DNA of 64,000 bases, from NCBI GenBank assembly GCA_049659625.1, contig JBASPX010000078.1, positions 4,128 through 68,127 of the forward strand. The letters are read 5' to 3'. The number at the start of each line of letters is the position of its first letter. The stretch's first letter is position 1. Below are positions 18,047 to 29,187 of this stretch, in pieces. A model generated the notes under the pieces. That model was given only the letters and a program-made list of their open reading frames with translations. It did not search any database and was not told where the DNA came from. This DNA is from Candidatus Saccharicenans sp. (GTDB taxonomy: Bacteria > Acidobacteriota > Aminicenantia > Aminicenantales > Saccharicenantaceae). A program made the translations under genes and the position numbers.

Positions 18047-20890
18047 ATGAGGAGGCATTTATTCTATCCGTTCCTTATTCTTGTCCTTATCTTTATAATC
18101 CTGGGCTTCATAAACATATCGCGGAAGTTATCGTGGAAGGAACCTTATGACGGTGTCACCTGGGTGGAAAATCCATCCGGCCTGATAGCCGCCCGGGTAG
18201 AAGAAAACAGTCCCGCCTTTCTTTCCGGGATAAAACCCGGTGACATTCTTTTTTCCATCAACGAAATGCCGATAAAGAACCGGATAGAATACACCAGGAT
18301 TATCTGGTTAATCGACCGTCTTGAACAGAAAGCTCTCTATCAGGTGGGCCGCGGCGGAACCATACTCTCCCCTTCTTTCTACCTGACAAAAAAAGGGGTA
18401 AGCTCAACCTACATTTACCTGATGCTTCTTGGCCTGGCCACCTTAGCCATCAGTCTTATGGTCTTCTTCAATACCCGGAGACAGTTCACCGGACCCTACG
18501 CCTTTTTCTATCTGGTCTCGCTTTCGCTCTATTCCTTCTACGTATTCTCACCAACCGGACAGATGGACTGGCTGGACAGCCTGTTTTACTGGCTGGATAA
18601 AGTTGCTCTGCTTTCCTTCCCGCCGCTACTCTTAAATTTTTTCTTTATCTTTCCGCAGAAAAAGAAAATCATCCACCATAAAAATAAAGTAGCACTTATC
18701 TATGTTCCCGGGCTTTTTCAGCTCCTGGCAAACATCTTCCAGCAAGTGATTTTAGATGGCAGGTTGAACGAAGCTCAGGTGCTCGCTCTCCAGAAAAATC
18801 TGGAAAAACTCGAACTTGCTCATTTCGCCGTTTTTTCAGCCCTGGCTCTGTTCATCATCATCCGCGATCTTATCGTCAACAGAAACCCATTTCTCAAAAA
18901 CCAGCTTAAGTGGATCGCCCTCGGACTGGGAGCAGGCACTTTACCTTTTGCCCTCTTTTACACCGTTCCCTTCATCGCTGACCGCCTGCCCTCAACTCCC
19001 GGTCAGCTCAGCGTTCTGCTCCAGGGATTTATTCCGATCACTCTCGCCTATTCCATCTCCCGCTACCGGTTAATGGATTTTGAGATTCTTTTCAAAAAAG
19101 GCACCACTCTGGTAATCTCCTTCGCCATGCTGGCCATGGTATATTTTCTCGTCAGCTCCCAGACGCAGCTTTTTTCTGAAAACCGGCTGAACGCCATACT
19201 CCTGGGGCTTCTGGCCATAATTCTGGGGGCCACGCTATTCACGCCTCTTTCCGAACTGGTGCAGACACTGGTAGACAGGCTTATCTACAGAAGGAGCTAT
19301 GAATACCGCCGGACGCTGCTGATGATTTCCGGCGTTCTGAACCGGGAACGGGACCTGACCAGACTCAGCAACTTTCTGGTGGAAACCATCCAGAAAGCTC
19401 TGTCAGTGAAGCAGATAGACCTGTTTTTAGCCCGCGAAGGAGTAGAAAATGAATTCTATCTGCTGAAATCCTCAGACCCGGATTTTGACCTCCAGCTTGC
19501 AACTCTTTCTCCTCCGGAAATGAATCTCCTGCAGAAGACCGAGTTTATTTCTCTGACCTTCCCGGGCGAAACGGCCGACCACAGACATCTTTTCACGCCA
19601 CTGCGGGAAAGAGGCCGTGTTCACCTTCTTCCGTTGAGGCTTGAAAACAAGCTGATGGGGTTCCTCTCCATCACCCACAAGCTGGACGAATCCTACCTTT
19701 CCGGAGAAGACCGGGAACTCCTGCGAACGATTTCCACTCCTGTGGCCCTGGCTCTGGAAAACGCCTATCTTTACAATCTGGAACTCGTCAGGTCTAGAGA
19801 ACTCCAGCGATTGAAGGAATACAGCGACAACATCATCGAAAGCCTGACCGTCGGCGTGGCCGTTATCGACCAGTCCTGCCGGGTAATCGGCTGGAACCGG
19901 GTTCTGGAAAAGCAATTCGGACTCAGCCGGGAGCAGGCGCTGAACCGTCATCTGTCAGAGGTCATCGGACGCGAGAATTTCACAGCGATTTTTCCTCCTG
20001 AAACCCAGAGCGAATATCAGCTGCTGAGCGAGCTGACCCTGACCACCGCCTCCGGTGAGAAAAAAATCTTCGATGTGGCCAGGACTCCGCTGCTCGACAA
20101 TCAGATGCAGGCTTACGGCACGATTATCGTCTTCGAAGACATAACGGAAAAAATCCGTCTGCAGCAGCAGCTGCTGACCTCGGAGAAGCTGGCTTCCATC
20201 GGTCTGCTCTCAGCCGGCGTGGCCCACGAAATCAACACCCCCTTAACCGGCATCTCCAGCTATGTTCAGATGCTTCAGAAAAAACTTACCGACGCTCACT
20301 ATGTCCAGATCCTGCAGAAGATTGAAGCTCAGACCGAAAGGGTGAACCGCATAGTGAAAAATCTTCTTAATTTTGCCAGGAATCCGGCTGACGATTATTA
20401 CCACCGGGTTGACCTGAAAGAAAGTCTGGAAGAAATTCTTTCGCTGATAGATTATCGATTAAAAAGCCTCAACATTCAGCTCGAACTCAAGCTGAATCCG
20501 GTTCTCATCTACGCCCAGAAAGAAAGACTGCAGCAGGTTTTTATTAACATCATCCTCAACGCCATCGACGCCATGCCGGATGGCGGTCGGTTGAGCATTG
20601 AATGCCAGCAGAAAGACAGTCAGGCTATCGTGAAGATCGCCGACACCGGAACCGGTATACGGCCTGAACATCTGCCGCGAATTTTTGATCCTTTCTTCAC
20701 CACCAAGGGTCTGGGCAAAGGTACAGGTCTCGGCCTGTCGATCAGCTACGCTATCGTCAAAGAACATGAAGGACAGATTCTGGTTGACAGCGTGGTGGGG
20801 AAAGGAACAACTTTTACCATTGTCCTTCCAACCACTCTTTCTGAACTCAACCGACCAAAATTACAATCAAGAGGAAGTCGCCATGAATGA
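18047..20890 (+). CDS. Multidomain sensor histidine kinase (N-terminal PDZ-like segment, polytopic membrane domain, GAF/PAS, HisKA, HATPase_c). PilS-like by context.
   Basis: 947 aa. H-box [12 protein letters not shown] and G-boxes DTGTGI / [11 protein letters not shown]. Multiple TM helices in residues about 120-400. Confidence 0.85.
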   Translation: MRRHLFYPFLILVLIFIILGFINISRKLSWKEPYDGVTWVENPSGLIAARVEENSPAFLSGIKPGDILFSINEMPIKNRIEYTRIIWLIDRLEQKALYQVGRGGTILSPSFYLTKKGVSSTYIYLMLLGLATLAISLMVFFNTRRQFTGPYAFFYLVSLSLYSFYVFSPTGQMDWLDSLFYWLDKVALLSFPPLLLNFFFIFPQKKKIIHHKNKVALIYVPGLFQLLANIFQQVILDGRLNEAQVLALQKNLEKLELAHFAVFSALALFIIIRDLIVNRNPFLKNQLKWIALGLGAGTLPFALFYTVPFIADRLPSTPGQLSVLLQGFIPITLAYSISRYRLMDFEILFKKGTTLVISFAMLAMVYFLVSSQTQLFSENRLNAILLGLLAIILGATLFTPLSELVQTLVDRLIYRRSYEYRRTLLMISGVLNRERDLTRLSNFLVETIQKALSVKQIDLFLAREGVENEFYLLKSSDPDFDLQLATLSPPEMNLLQKTEFISLTFPGETADHRHLFTPLRERGRVHLLPLRLENKLMGFLSITHKLDESYLSGEDRELLRTISTPVALALENAYLYNLELVRSRELQRLKEYSDNIIESLTVGVAVIDQSCRVIGWNRVLEKQFGLSREQALNRHLSEVIGRENFTAIFPPETQSEYQLLSELTLTTASGEKKIFDVARTPLLDNQMQAYGTIIVFEDITEKIRLQQQLLTSEKLASIGLLSAGVAHEINTPLTGISSYVQMLQKKLTDAHYVQILQKIEAQTERVNRIVKNLLNFARNPADDYYHRVDLKESLEEILSLIDYRLKSLNIQLELKLNPVLIYAQKERLQQVFINIILNAIDAMPDGGRLSIECQQKDSQAIVKIADTGTGIRPEHLPRIFDPFFTTKGLGKGTGLGLSISYAIVKEHEGQILVDSVVGKGTTFTIVLPTTLSELNRPKLQSRGSRHE

Positions 20891-22262
20891 AAATGCCTGG
20901 ATCCATCTGATCGACGACGAACCAATTATCCACGATGTGCTCGGGCAGCTTCTGGAGGCCGAAGGTTACCGGGTAGAAATTTCCGCTTCTGGAGAGGAAG
21001 CGCTGAAAAAATTTGAGGAACATAAATTTGACTTGATCCTGCTTGACCTCCTGATGCCCGGAATGGACGGTCTGGAAGTGCTCAGAAGAATAAAAAGAAT
21101 AGACCCGGAAGCTCTGGTGATTATCATCACCGCCTACGCTTCAGTGGAATCGGCTCTGGCTGCCATAAAAATGGGCGCTTACGATTACATCCAGAAGCCT
21201 TTTAAGAACGACGAGCTCCTGATGACCATCAAACGGGCGCTCGACCACCGCCGACTGCAGGAAGAAAACATCAGGCTGCGCGACGAACTCAAGAAAAAAT
21301 TCAGTTTTTCCAACATCATCGGCAAGAGTCCGGTGATGATGAACGTATTTGAACTGATAAAGGCAGCCGCCCCGACCAGGTCAACCATCCTAATTCAGGG
21401 GGAAAGCGGCACCGGGAAGGAACTGGTGGCCCGGGCCATCCATCAGAATTCCGACCGGGCAAACCATCCGTTTGTGGTGGTCAACAGCGGTTCCCTGCCC
21501 CCCGACCTGCTGGAAAGTCATCTTTTTGGCCACGTAAAAGGAGCTTTCACCGGAGCGGTTACTGAAAAGAAAGGGTTGTTTGAAGCGGCCAACAACGGAA
21601 CGATCTTTTTTGACGAAATCTCCTCGCTCAGCCTGGAAACCCAGGTGAAGTTGCTACGGGTCATGCAGGACAAAGAATTCATGCGCCTGGGCGGCACCAG
21701 AACGATCAAAGTCGACGTCCGCATCATCGCCGCCACCAACACCGACCTGGAAGAGCTGATTGAACAGAAAGCTTTCCGTAAGGACCTTTTCTACCGGCTG
21801 AACGTTATCAAGATTGAGCTCCCGCCGCTGCGTCAGAGGAAGGAAGACATCCCTCTTCTGGTCAAACACTTCATAGACCTCTACAACGCTGAGAATCAGA
21901 AGCAGGTCGAAGGAGTGAGTGAAGATGTAATGGAAATCCTGATGGACTACGACTGGCCCGGTAACGTCCGCGAGCTGGAAAACGTCATCGAAAGAGCCGT
22001 GGTCCTCTGTAAATCGAAAATCATCACCCGTGACCTGCTGCCTCCTTTCCCCCTGAGCGGGAAAAAGGTAATCTACGAGGAACTGAACAATTCCAGTCTG
22101 AACCTCAAAGAAAAGACTGCCGAATTCCAGAAAAAGCTCATCCTGACAGCGCTGGAAAAATCCGGCGGAGTTCAGAAAAAAGCGGCGGAAATGCTGGGGT
22201 TAAAACCCACCACCCTCAATGAAATGATAAAGCGGCTGAAGATCAACGTCCGCTCGGCCTGA
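20882..22262 (+). CDS. Sigma-54-dependent response regulator (NtrC/PilR family: REC, AAA+ and Fis-type HTH)
   Basis: Start ATG at 20882 overlaps the kinase stop by 8 nt, with an AGAGGAAG RBS. Receiver Asp (DLILLDLLMPGMDG), Walker A GESGTGKE, GAFTGA motif, C-terminal HTH. Confidence 0.9.
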
Positions 22263-22283
22263 ACGTCTGCCAAACGGGAATAA

Positions 22284-24983
22284 TTATTCAAAATAGCCGG
22301 GCACCATATTATCTGAATTTATCTTTATTTTTTTCAGACGGCCGGAAATCTCGATTTCAAAGGTTTGTACGGAAGATTCCAGAAGCAGCACCTTTTCAGT
22401 TCTTTCGCGGTCACTCTCTACAGCCACCCGGACCGGGAAAACCAGCGGCTGATTCATCTGATAAAAAGAAAGAAGCAATTTCGAGGAAGTGGAAGTTCCG
22501 GAAGAAACCACTTTATGCTCCACCCTGACTCGCGGCAGCCTTTCTGAAAAAAACCAGCCCTGGAAAAACTGCTCGAGATTTTTTCCGGAAACTCTTTCCA
22601 TCGTGCGGCGAAAGTCTGCGGTCCTGACCGGCTGAAACTTGAACTCCTGAAAAAATTCCCGTAGACCGCGGTAAAAAGTCTCTTCTCCAAGCCATTCCCT
22701 GAGAAGCAGAAGAGCCAGAGCTGCTTTGTTGTAAACCACCGATTGATAGCCCTCAAAATCAATGTGGCTGAGCCGGGAACCCAGGATGATCGGTCCAATG
22801 GTCGTTTTTTCGCGCACCGAAGAAGAAAGTTTCTGCAGAACTCTTTCAAAATCCTTCCGGCTGTATTTCTTCTCCAGATAAAGGATGCTGGAAAGCTGGG
22901 CCAATCCCTCGGTTATCCAGTTGTCCCGGTATGAGCCCCAGGTCAGGCCATGGCCCCACCACTGGTGAGCTATTTCATGCGCCAGAAAATATTCCGGCCA
23001 GCGCGAGAGATCGACCGGGCTTGTCTGGGAAATGATTATCAGATCAGGAGTCCTGGTATAGGGCAGTCTGTCCAGAACCACCAGTCCGGGCGAAGCATGC
23101 CCTCCGTTGGCCTGCCAGTAACGCTGAACCACCGTCAGTTTTTCGAAAGGAAACGGGCCAAAAAACTCCTGGTATAAGCTCAGGATTTTACTCGCTTCAT
23201 CCAGTATCTGCCTGTTCTGATGGCGCCAGTCGTCGGTGGCAAAATGTTCCAGCGGAAGAGGCTCATCGAGCTTTCTCTGCTTTACCAGCTTGCCCAGAAA
23301 GAAGCTGATGTATTTTACCGGACTCCTGCTTTCATAAACAAAAACTGAACTGCCCAGGCTGGCCAGTTCGGTTACGGCCGCAGCTTCTTTTATCTGATAG
23401 GATTCCACCAGCCGGCCCCCGGAGAGACAGTAATAACTCTCGGGTACAATCAACTTCAGCCGAAACCTGACATACTTTTCTCTGGGCGGTGCCGGATACC
23501 AGTCGGCTGATTGACTGAAAAGATAAGTCTCGCTTATGGGAAAAAGAATTCTCGTCTCCTCGACCTGAGCTCTCGGGCCAGAATCTGTTACCGGAGGGGG
23601 CGGCACTATTTTCCCCCGGTAAAAAATCCTCAACCTTATCTCACGATCCCTTGGCAACTTTTCTGCAAGATAGACATACGTGTATTTTCTCAGACGGTCC
23701 CGGCTGTAAAAGAGCGTACGTCCGGCCTCATCCTCAACTTTCAATATCTCCAGCTCCGGGTTCAGTCGAAACTGACAGCTATCTGCGTAATCTCCCGTCG
23801 CCTTAATGGTGACAGAGGCCATCGCTGCCAGCAGGTAATTTTCCGGACGATAACTGGCTTCGATTTCATAACCGGTGATCTCATACCTTTCACCCAGCCT
23901 CATGAACATTCTTCTCTGCCCGGCTTCCACCGGTGAATAACTGTTAAGAAGACGATTCCTGGTGCGGTCGACGAAAGAAATTTCCTCCTCCGCAAAGGGA
24001 GAATACACATAGGTGAACTCATCTTTCTTGGCCGTCCTGAACTCGATCACCGTCTCTCCACCACGCGGTATAAAAGTCAGCAATTCCCCGGTAAGTGAAT
24101 TTTCCAGAACAAACGAGCGGGAATAGTTCCGCGAAAATATCGAGTAGGCGCGGTTGTTCATCACTTCCGCGGGAACTTCCGACCGAAAAGTTTCACAGGG
24201 TTCGTACATCAAGCTGTGGCGAAAATATTCATCACCTCCCCTTACATACACATACTCCACCGGTTGGTCAAAATAGGGATTTCTGTAAATCCGGGCCAGC
24301 TGATTTTTTTCAATCGGGTCAGAAGGTTCAAACCTGACGCGTCCCCTGCCAGTTATGATAACGGCCGTATCAATCCCGGGAAGGTTATCAAAGAAGATAT
24401 AACCCTCAGAAAAGGTAATGAGTATGTCCTGCTGGACCAGGCGCACATTCCTGACCGGAACGGTTCTTTCTCCGGGAAAGCGCAAACGGTAAAGGTCCTT
24501 AAGACTGTTGAGAACCCTCCAGGAACGCAGGAGCGGGCCTGTCTGCGACACTGAGTAGACCATTTCCCATAATTCGATGTTTACCGAATAAATTCTCTGG
24601 AAAACCACCTGTACATAAGCAGAAAACACCCCGTTTTCTGATTGATTTTCTCCGGCAAAAAAGGATGAAACACTCTCCAGGTCGGGCAGGGAAAAGTAAG
24701 ATTGCAGAGCTTTTTCTTCTTCCTCTTTTATTTCTGGCTGACAGAACTCAAGATAGGCAGGAAGGTTCCTGCTTTCCAGAGCCTGGATCAGCGGCCTTAA
24801 ACGCTCAGCGGAAAACGTCTCAGCATGGGCAAGATGCTTTATACTAAGAAAGAAAGCTCCCGGCAGTAAAATCAAAGAGATAAATCTTCTCGTTACCCCA
24901 ATGCCTCTCCTGGCTATCCGCACAGATTTATTATACATGAACTTAATCGCTCTAGCCCTCTCCCTTTTAAAAGCAGGTTTCAT
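22284..24983 (-). CDS. M1 family zinc metallopeptidase (aminopeptidase N-like), membrane-anchored or secreted
   Basis: 899 aa. HEIAHQWWG ... WITEGLAQ (HEXXH-X18-E gluzincin signature). Confidence 0.8.
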   Translation of the reverse strand: MKPAFKRERARAIKFMYNKSVRIARRGIGVTRRFISLILLPGAFFLSIKHLAHAETFSAERLRPLIQALESRNLPAYLEFCQPEIKEEEEKALQSYFSLPDLESVSSFFAGENQSENGVFSAYVQVVFQRIYSVNIELWEMVYSVSQTGPLLRSWRVLNSLKDLYRLRFPGERTVPVRNVRLVQQDILITFSEGYIFFDNLPGIDTAVIITGRGRVRFEPSDPIEKNQLARIYRNPYFDQPVEYVYVRGGDEYFRHSLMYEPCETFRSEVPAEVMNNRAYSIFSRNYSRSFVLENSLTGELLTFIPRGGETVIEFRTAKKDEFTYVYSPFAEEEISFVDRTRNRLLNSYSPVEAGQRRMFMRLGERYEITGYEIEASYRPENYLLAAMASVTIKATGDYADSCQFRLNPELEILKVEDEAGRTLFYSRDRLRKYTYVYLAEKLPRDREIRLRIFYRGKIVPPPPVTDSGPRAQVEETRILFPISETYLFSQSADWYPAPPREKYVRFRLKLIVPESYYCLSGGRLVESYQIKEAAAVTELASLGSSVFVYESRSPVKYISFFLGKLVKQRKLDEPLPLEHFATDDWRHQNRQILDEASKILSLYQEFFGPFPFEKLTVVQRYWQANGGHASPGLVVLDRLPYTRTPDLIIISQTSPVDLSRWPEYFLAHEIAHQWWGHGLTWGSYRDNWITEGLAQLSSILYLEKKYSRKDFERVLQKLSSSVREKTTIGPIILGSRLSHIDFEGYQSVVYNKAALALLLLREWLGEETFYRGLREFFQEFKFQPVRTADFRRTMERVSGKNLEQFFQGWFFSERLPRVRVEHKVVSSGTSTSSKLLLSFYQMNQPLVFPVRVAVESDRERTEKVLLLESSVQTFEIEISGRLKKIKINSDNMVPGYFE

Positions 24984-25119
24984 GCCAGAATTCAGGACGG
25001 CCGCCAGGAAAAAGGAAGTCGGGATGGCTCCGGGAAAGACTCAATGAATTGAGAAACAGAACGAATTATTTCCTCTAAGCTTGCTTACAGCGCGGGAAAA
25101 TAATTTTACATCCGGCCCG

Positions 25120-25575
25120 TCAGGGTTGCTGTTTCTGCTCTTCTTTTTCCCTGCGCTCTTTCTTAATAAACTCTTCCCAGGTGACGAAGCTGTGATAGAA
25201 CACTCCGTCCCCTTCGTCGATGCCCCGGGTAATTTCGGTGATGTGAGAGGTGGTGGCGCCAAAGGCTTCCACCGCGTAGATGACGGCTTTTTCCGGGTCG
25301 ATGTCATTGCCGCAGGTGTAAATATCCAGCGCGCCGTAGTTCTTTTCGGGCCAGGTATGGGTAGAAATATGAGATTCAGAAATCACCACCACACCACTGA
25401 CGCCGTTCGGTGGGAAACGGTTGAAGGAAATAGACCAGACGTGAGCTCCGGCTATTTCCGCTGCTTTTACCAGAATTTGCTGCACCTTCTCCACGCTGCC
25501 GATAATCTTCGGGTCGCAGCCTGAGGCTTCCACAATATAATGATGGCCGATGGTGGAGTGCTGATCCTTAGCCAT
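25120..25575 (-). CDS. speH: S-adenosylmethionine decarboxylase proenzyme (class 1b, pyruvoyl-dependent)
   Basis: 151 aa. Autoprocessing and active-site motif SESHISTHTWPE. Confidence 0.8.
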   Translation of the reverse strand: MAKDQHSTIGHHYIVEASGCDPKIIGSVEKVQQILVKAAEIAGAHVWSISFNRFPPNGVSGVVVISESHISTHTWPEKNYGALDIYTCGNDIDPEKAVIYAVEAFGATTSHITEITRGIDEGDGVFYHSFVTWEEFIKKERREKEEQKQQP

Positions 25576-25652
25576 TTATCTCCTCCGTCAACTTTATTTC
25601 TTTTACGCGTTGAATTATGACATAAATAGATTTCATGTCAACAAACTTTTTT

Positions 25653-26096
25653 TCAGACCGGCAATCTCGGGTCATATTTAACCACGTTCAACACCAGCTG
25701 GGTCACCGTACGGTCGATGTATTTCAGAGAAAGGACTTTCTTTATGAACTGGTTGAGATCCTGGCGGTCGGCAAAACAACCGATGAGCACTGAATCCCAG
25801 TCTCCGGTCACATCAAACACGGCCAGAACCCGTGGGTCTTCAGCGATCTTTTTTTGCGTTTCCAGCAATCGACCCTGGGAGATTCGCAAAACGATGACTG
25901 CCATCAATCCAAAACCGAAGTACTCAGGGTTCAGCAGCGGAATGTATCCTTTGATCGCCCCCGCTTCCTCCATTTTTCTGATGGCCTGAATAACCGCTGG
26001 AACGGAAATGCCGGTTTCCCTGGAAATTTCCCGGTAGCTTTTCCTGGCATCTTTATTCAAACAGGCAGCTATCTTTTTTTCCGAATCGGTAGCCAT
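25653..26096 (-). CDS. Lrp/AsnC family transcriptional regulator
   Basis: 147 aa. N-terminal HTH (SYREISRETGISVPAVIQAIRKMEEAGAI) and a C-terminal RAM domain. Confidence 0.85.
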   Translation of the reverse strand: MATDSEKKIAACLNKDARKSYREISRETGISVPAVIQAIRKMEEAGAIKGYIPLLNPEYFGFGLMAVIVLRISQGRLLETQKKIAEDPRVLAVFDVTGDWDSVLIGCFADRQDLNQFIKKVLSLKYIDRTVTQLVLNVVKYDPRLPV

Positions 26097-26244
26097 TCAG
26101 TCCTCCTTATAATTGAAATAATTAAGGCCAAAAATATTGACAAATGGAAATAAATCTATTAAATTTCATTATAAATGATAAGCAAGAGCTTTAGTTTATT
26201 AACATATGTGTTTCCCCTTAATATTTTATGAAAAGGAGTAAGAA

Positions 26245-27642
26245 ATGCAAGAAGAAAAGGAGCCAGTCTTCGGGCTGAACACTGAGTCCGAGGTGCTGCG
26301 GGCGGTTTACGACCCCGGGCTCAGGATTGAGTTTGTCAGAATAATGTTTGCTGACATTCTCGGCCGACCGATGGATTTTTCGATTCCGGCAGCCGAGCTG
26401 GAAAGAGCTTTTGCTGAAGGAAAGGGTTTTGACGGCTCCTCAATCGAAGGGTTTGTCAGGATTGAAGAAAGCGACCTGGTCATAGTTCCGGACCCGAAAA
26501 CCTTCAGAGTTTTTCCCTGGACCTACCGCGGGTTTGACCCTGAAGTCAGCTGGCGCGAGGCCATCATGTTCGGCGACATCTATCTTCCTGATGGACGTCA
26601 TTACCCGGGCGACAGCCGTTACGTCCTCAAGAGAACTCTGGAAAAAATGCGAGAAGAATTCGGTTTCTCAGATTTCAAGTGCGGCCCGGAGATGGAGTTT
26701 TTCATTTTTCCTGCCGATGATAATCCAGCTCCTACCGATGCCGGCGGTTATTTCTTCGCCGGCCGGCACGGCGAAATCCGCAAGGAAATCCAGCTTCTCC
26801 TGAAAAAAATGGGAATCGAATCAGAATATGACCACCACGAAGTGGCTCACAGCCAGCACGAAATCGACCTCAGGTATCAGAGCGCCTTAGAGATGGCCGA
26901 CATCGTGATGCTTTTCAAGTACGTGGCGAAAAAAGTGGCCAGAATGCACAACCTCTATCTGACCTTCATGCCGAAACCGCTCAACGGACAGAATGGCAGC
27001 GGCATGCATGTCCATCAGTCGCTCTGGCGCGGGGAGCATAACGCCTTTTTTGAAAAAGACGCTCCCTACCATCTGTCGGCTGAAGCCAGGCATTACACGG
27101 CCGGCATCATTCATCATGCCCGGGAAATCTGCGCCATCTTCAGCCAGTGGGTCAATTCTTACAAAAGATTGATCGAGGGATACGAAGCTCCGGTCTACAT
27201 CGCCTGGGGGCAGAAGAACCGCTCGGCTTACATCAGAGTTCCGGAATATCAGCCAGGTAAAGAAAAAGCCACCCGGATCGAACTGAGGTCTCCTGACCCG
27301 GGATGCAACATTTACCTGGCGCTGGCCGCGATGCTGGCGGCCGGTCTCGACGGCATCAGGAGAAAAATCGAACTTCCTTCGCCGGTGGAAGAAAACATTT
27401 ACCATATGAGCAACAGCCGTCAGAAAAAAGCTGGCATCCAGGTTCTGCCGAGAAATCTGCAGGAAGCCGTAAAACTGGCAGAGAAAAGCCAGCTGGTTAA
27501 AGAAATCCTCGGTGAACACATTTTTGAAAAGTTCATTTCCAACAAGCACAAAGAAATAGAAGACTACCTGAAAAACGTCCCGGACGAATACGAAAAACAG
27601 GTCAGCCCTTATGAAATAAAAAAATACCTGCCGATGCTATAA
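26245..27642 (+). CDS. glnA: Glutamine synthetase family protein (type I-like, about 465 aa)
   Basis: GS beta-grasp N-domain and catalytic domain patterns (PDPKTFRVFPW; MPKPLNGQNGSGMHVHQSLW). Confidence 0.75.
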   Translation: MQEEKEPVFGLNTESEVLRAVYDPGLRIEFVRIMFADILGRPMDFSIPAAELERAFAEGKGFDGSSIEGFVRIEESDLVIVPDPKTFRVFPWTYRGFDPEVSWREAIMFGDIYLPDGRHYPGDSRYVLKRTLEKMREEFGFSDFKCGPEMEFFIFPADDNPAPTDAGGYFFAGRHGEIRKEIQLLLKKMGIESEYDHHEVAHSQHEIDLRYQSALEMADIVMLFKYVAKKVARMHNLYLTFMPKPLNGQNGSGMHVHQSLWRGEHNAFFEKDAPYHLSAEARHYTAGIIHHAREICAIFSQWVNSYKRLIEGYEAPVYIAWGQKNRSAYIRVPEYQPGKEKATRIELRSPDPGCNIYLALAAMLAAGLDGIRRKIELPSPVEENIYHMSNSRQKKAGIQVLPRNLQEAVKLAEKSQLVKEILGEHIFEKFISNKHKEIEDYLKNVPDEYEKQVSPYEIKKYLPML

Positions 27643-27672
27643 GGTTCAGCTCTCAGCGAACATGAAGAAAAA

Positions 27673-28779
27673 CTAATCGAGCTGAGAATAAGGAGTATGG
27701 AGGACAGTCTCCGTCAGCGCCTGGAAATTTTCCAGCGGAACGTCAAGCTGAAGATTATGAGTCGGGCTGATGATCAAACCGCCTCCCCGGCCCACCGTGC
27801 GCAATCTTTCGAGCACCTCAGCCCTTACCTCCTGAGGGCTGCCGAAAGGAAGAGTGTACTGCAGGTCAACCGTCCCCCAGAAACAGAGCCGGTCTCCGAA
27901 TTCCTTCTTCAAACGCACAGGGTCCATCGACTGCGGCTGTACAGGATTCAGCACGTCCACACCTATCTCGATAAGGTCCGGAATTACTGGATAGATGTTT
28001 CCATCCGAGTGGTAAGCTATTTTTAACCGCGGGTTAAGCCTTTTCAAATCGGCAATCAACCGGGCCATTCTCGGCTTCAGGAAACGGCGCCAGTGGGCCG
28101 GAGAAATCAGCATACGGTCCTGAGCTCCGACATCGTCACCCAGCCAGATCATATCAACTCCAATTTCTACCAGTTTTTTAGCCACCGCGGAGTGATAATA
28201 AAAAGGAATATCGAAAAGTTTCTCCACCAGTTCGGGATTAACCACCATGTCGAGAAGCGTTCTTTCGAGCCCCCTGAGAGCCCAGGCCGTTTCAAAGATG
28301 GTCGTCACCACCACTCCCACGACCCAGTATTCATCCTTGAATCGCTCCACCGTCCTCCGGGCTTCAACATAAAGTTCGGGTCGTTCGGGGTCTGGCGGCC
28401 GGTAAGAATCCAGAAGTTTTTCATCAGCGAGAGGATGCCTGACTATTTCGGTATAACGACCGCGGCCAAACCTGGTCTCGTATTCAACCACCTTCCAGCC
28501 AACTCCCCACTCATCCACATACGTAAGCCCATCCCGGCTCAATCGCTCCACAGCATAGTAAGAATTCGCCCACCCGACTGAAGTCAGCAGAAGGTCGCAG
28601 CCGACAGCTCTTTCCAGAGCGCAGGTGTTCCCCCCTCCATGATGATTATGCACATCAGGCGGAAGCCCCAGAACTTCCCTTACCCTGGCCGCAAACTCGG
28701 GAGTGAAGCTGAGCTGGAGAGGGCACCTGTCGGGCTGCTGATGATTCAGCGCCAGCCAGACTCTTTCTCTCGGTTTCAT
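27673..28779 (-). CDS. Uroporphyrinogen decarboxylase (URO-D) family protein (MtaA/CmuA-like methyltransferase-type fold)
   Basis: 368 aa, URO-D-like TIM barrel pattern. Specific function not assignable. Confidence 0.65.
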   Translation of the reverse strand: MKPRERVWLALNHQQPDRCPLQLSFTPEFAARVREVLGLPPDVHNHHGGGNTCALERAVGCDLLLTSVGWANSYYAVERLSRDGLTYVDEWGVGWKVVEYETRFGRGRYTEIVRHPLADEKLLDSYRPPDPERPELYVEARRTVERFKDEYWVVGVVVTTIFETAWALRGLERTLLDMVVNPELVEKLFDIPFYYHSAVAKKLVEIGVDMIWLGDDVGAQDRMLISPAHWRRFLKPRMARLIADLKRLNPRLKIAYHSDGNIYPVIPDLIEIGVDVLNPVQPQSMDPVRLKKEFGDRLCFWGTVDLQYTLPFGSPQEVRAEVLERLRTVGRGGGLIISPTHNLQLDVPLENFQALTETVLHTPYSQLD

Positions 28780-28982
28780 CCCGACCCTTTTCTCTTCTCA
28801 ATTATACAATCTGAGTTTTATTCATAAGCCTTATTTTATTATACGCATAAAAATTTTCTAAAACCTGAAGGCAATAAGCCTGGTCCTGCCGGATGAGTCC
28901 GGTTCATTCGCCTGAAAGAAAATTTTTCTTGACAAACAAATTTCGGGTTTTATATAAAATTTTTTGGGAATTATAGGTTAAG

Positions 28983-29029
28983 AAGGAGTTATACATTTTT
29001 ATCATTCATTTTGAAGGGCATAACTCCTT
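28983..29029 (+). promoter_or_regulatory. Perfect 10-bp inverted repeat AAGGAGTTAT-N27-ATAACTCCTT immediately followed by TATAAT, upstream of the nuoE-like operon
   Basis: Seen directly. Lies in the 400-nt AT-rich divergent promoter region between 28779 and 29188. Confidence 0.3.
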
Positions 29030-29187
29030 ATATAATTTAATAGCATTTCAGTCTGATTTTTGCGCTCATTCCCCCCTATCTATAATCAGAAGCGAACCCA
29101 TCCGGAGAAGGGCATCAATTTTCTTTTCCAATCTTACACATAAGGGCATTCATCAAATTAATAATTTTATAAAAAAGGAGGCTCCAT

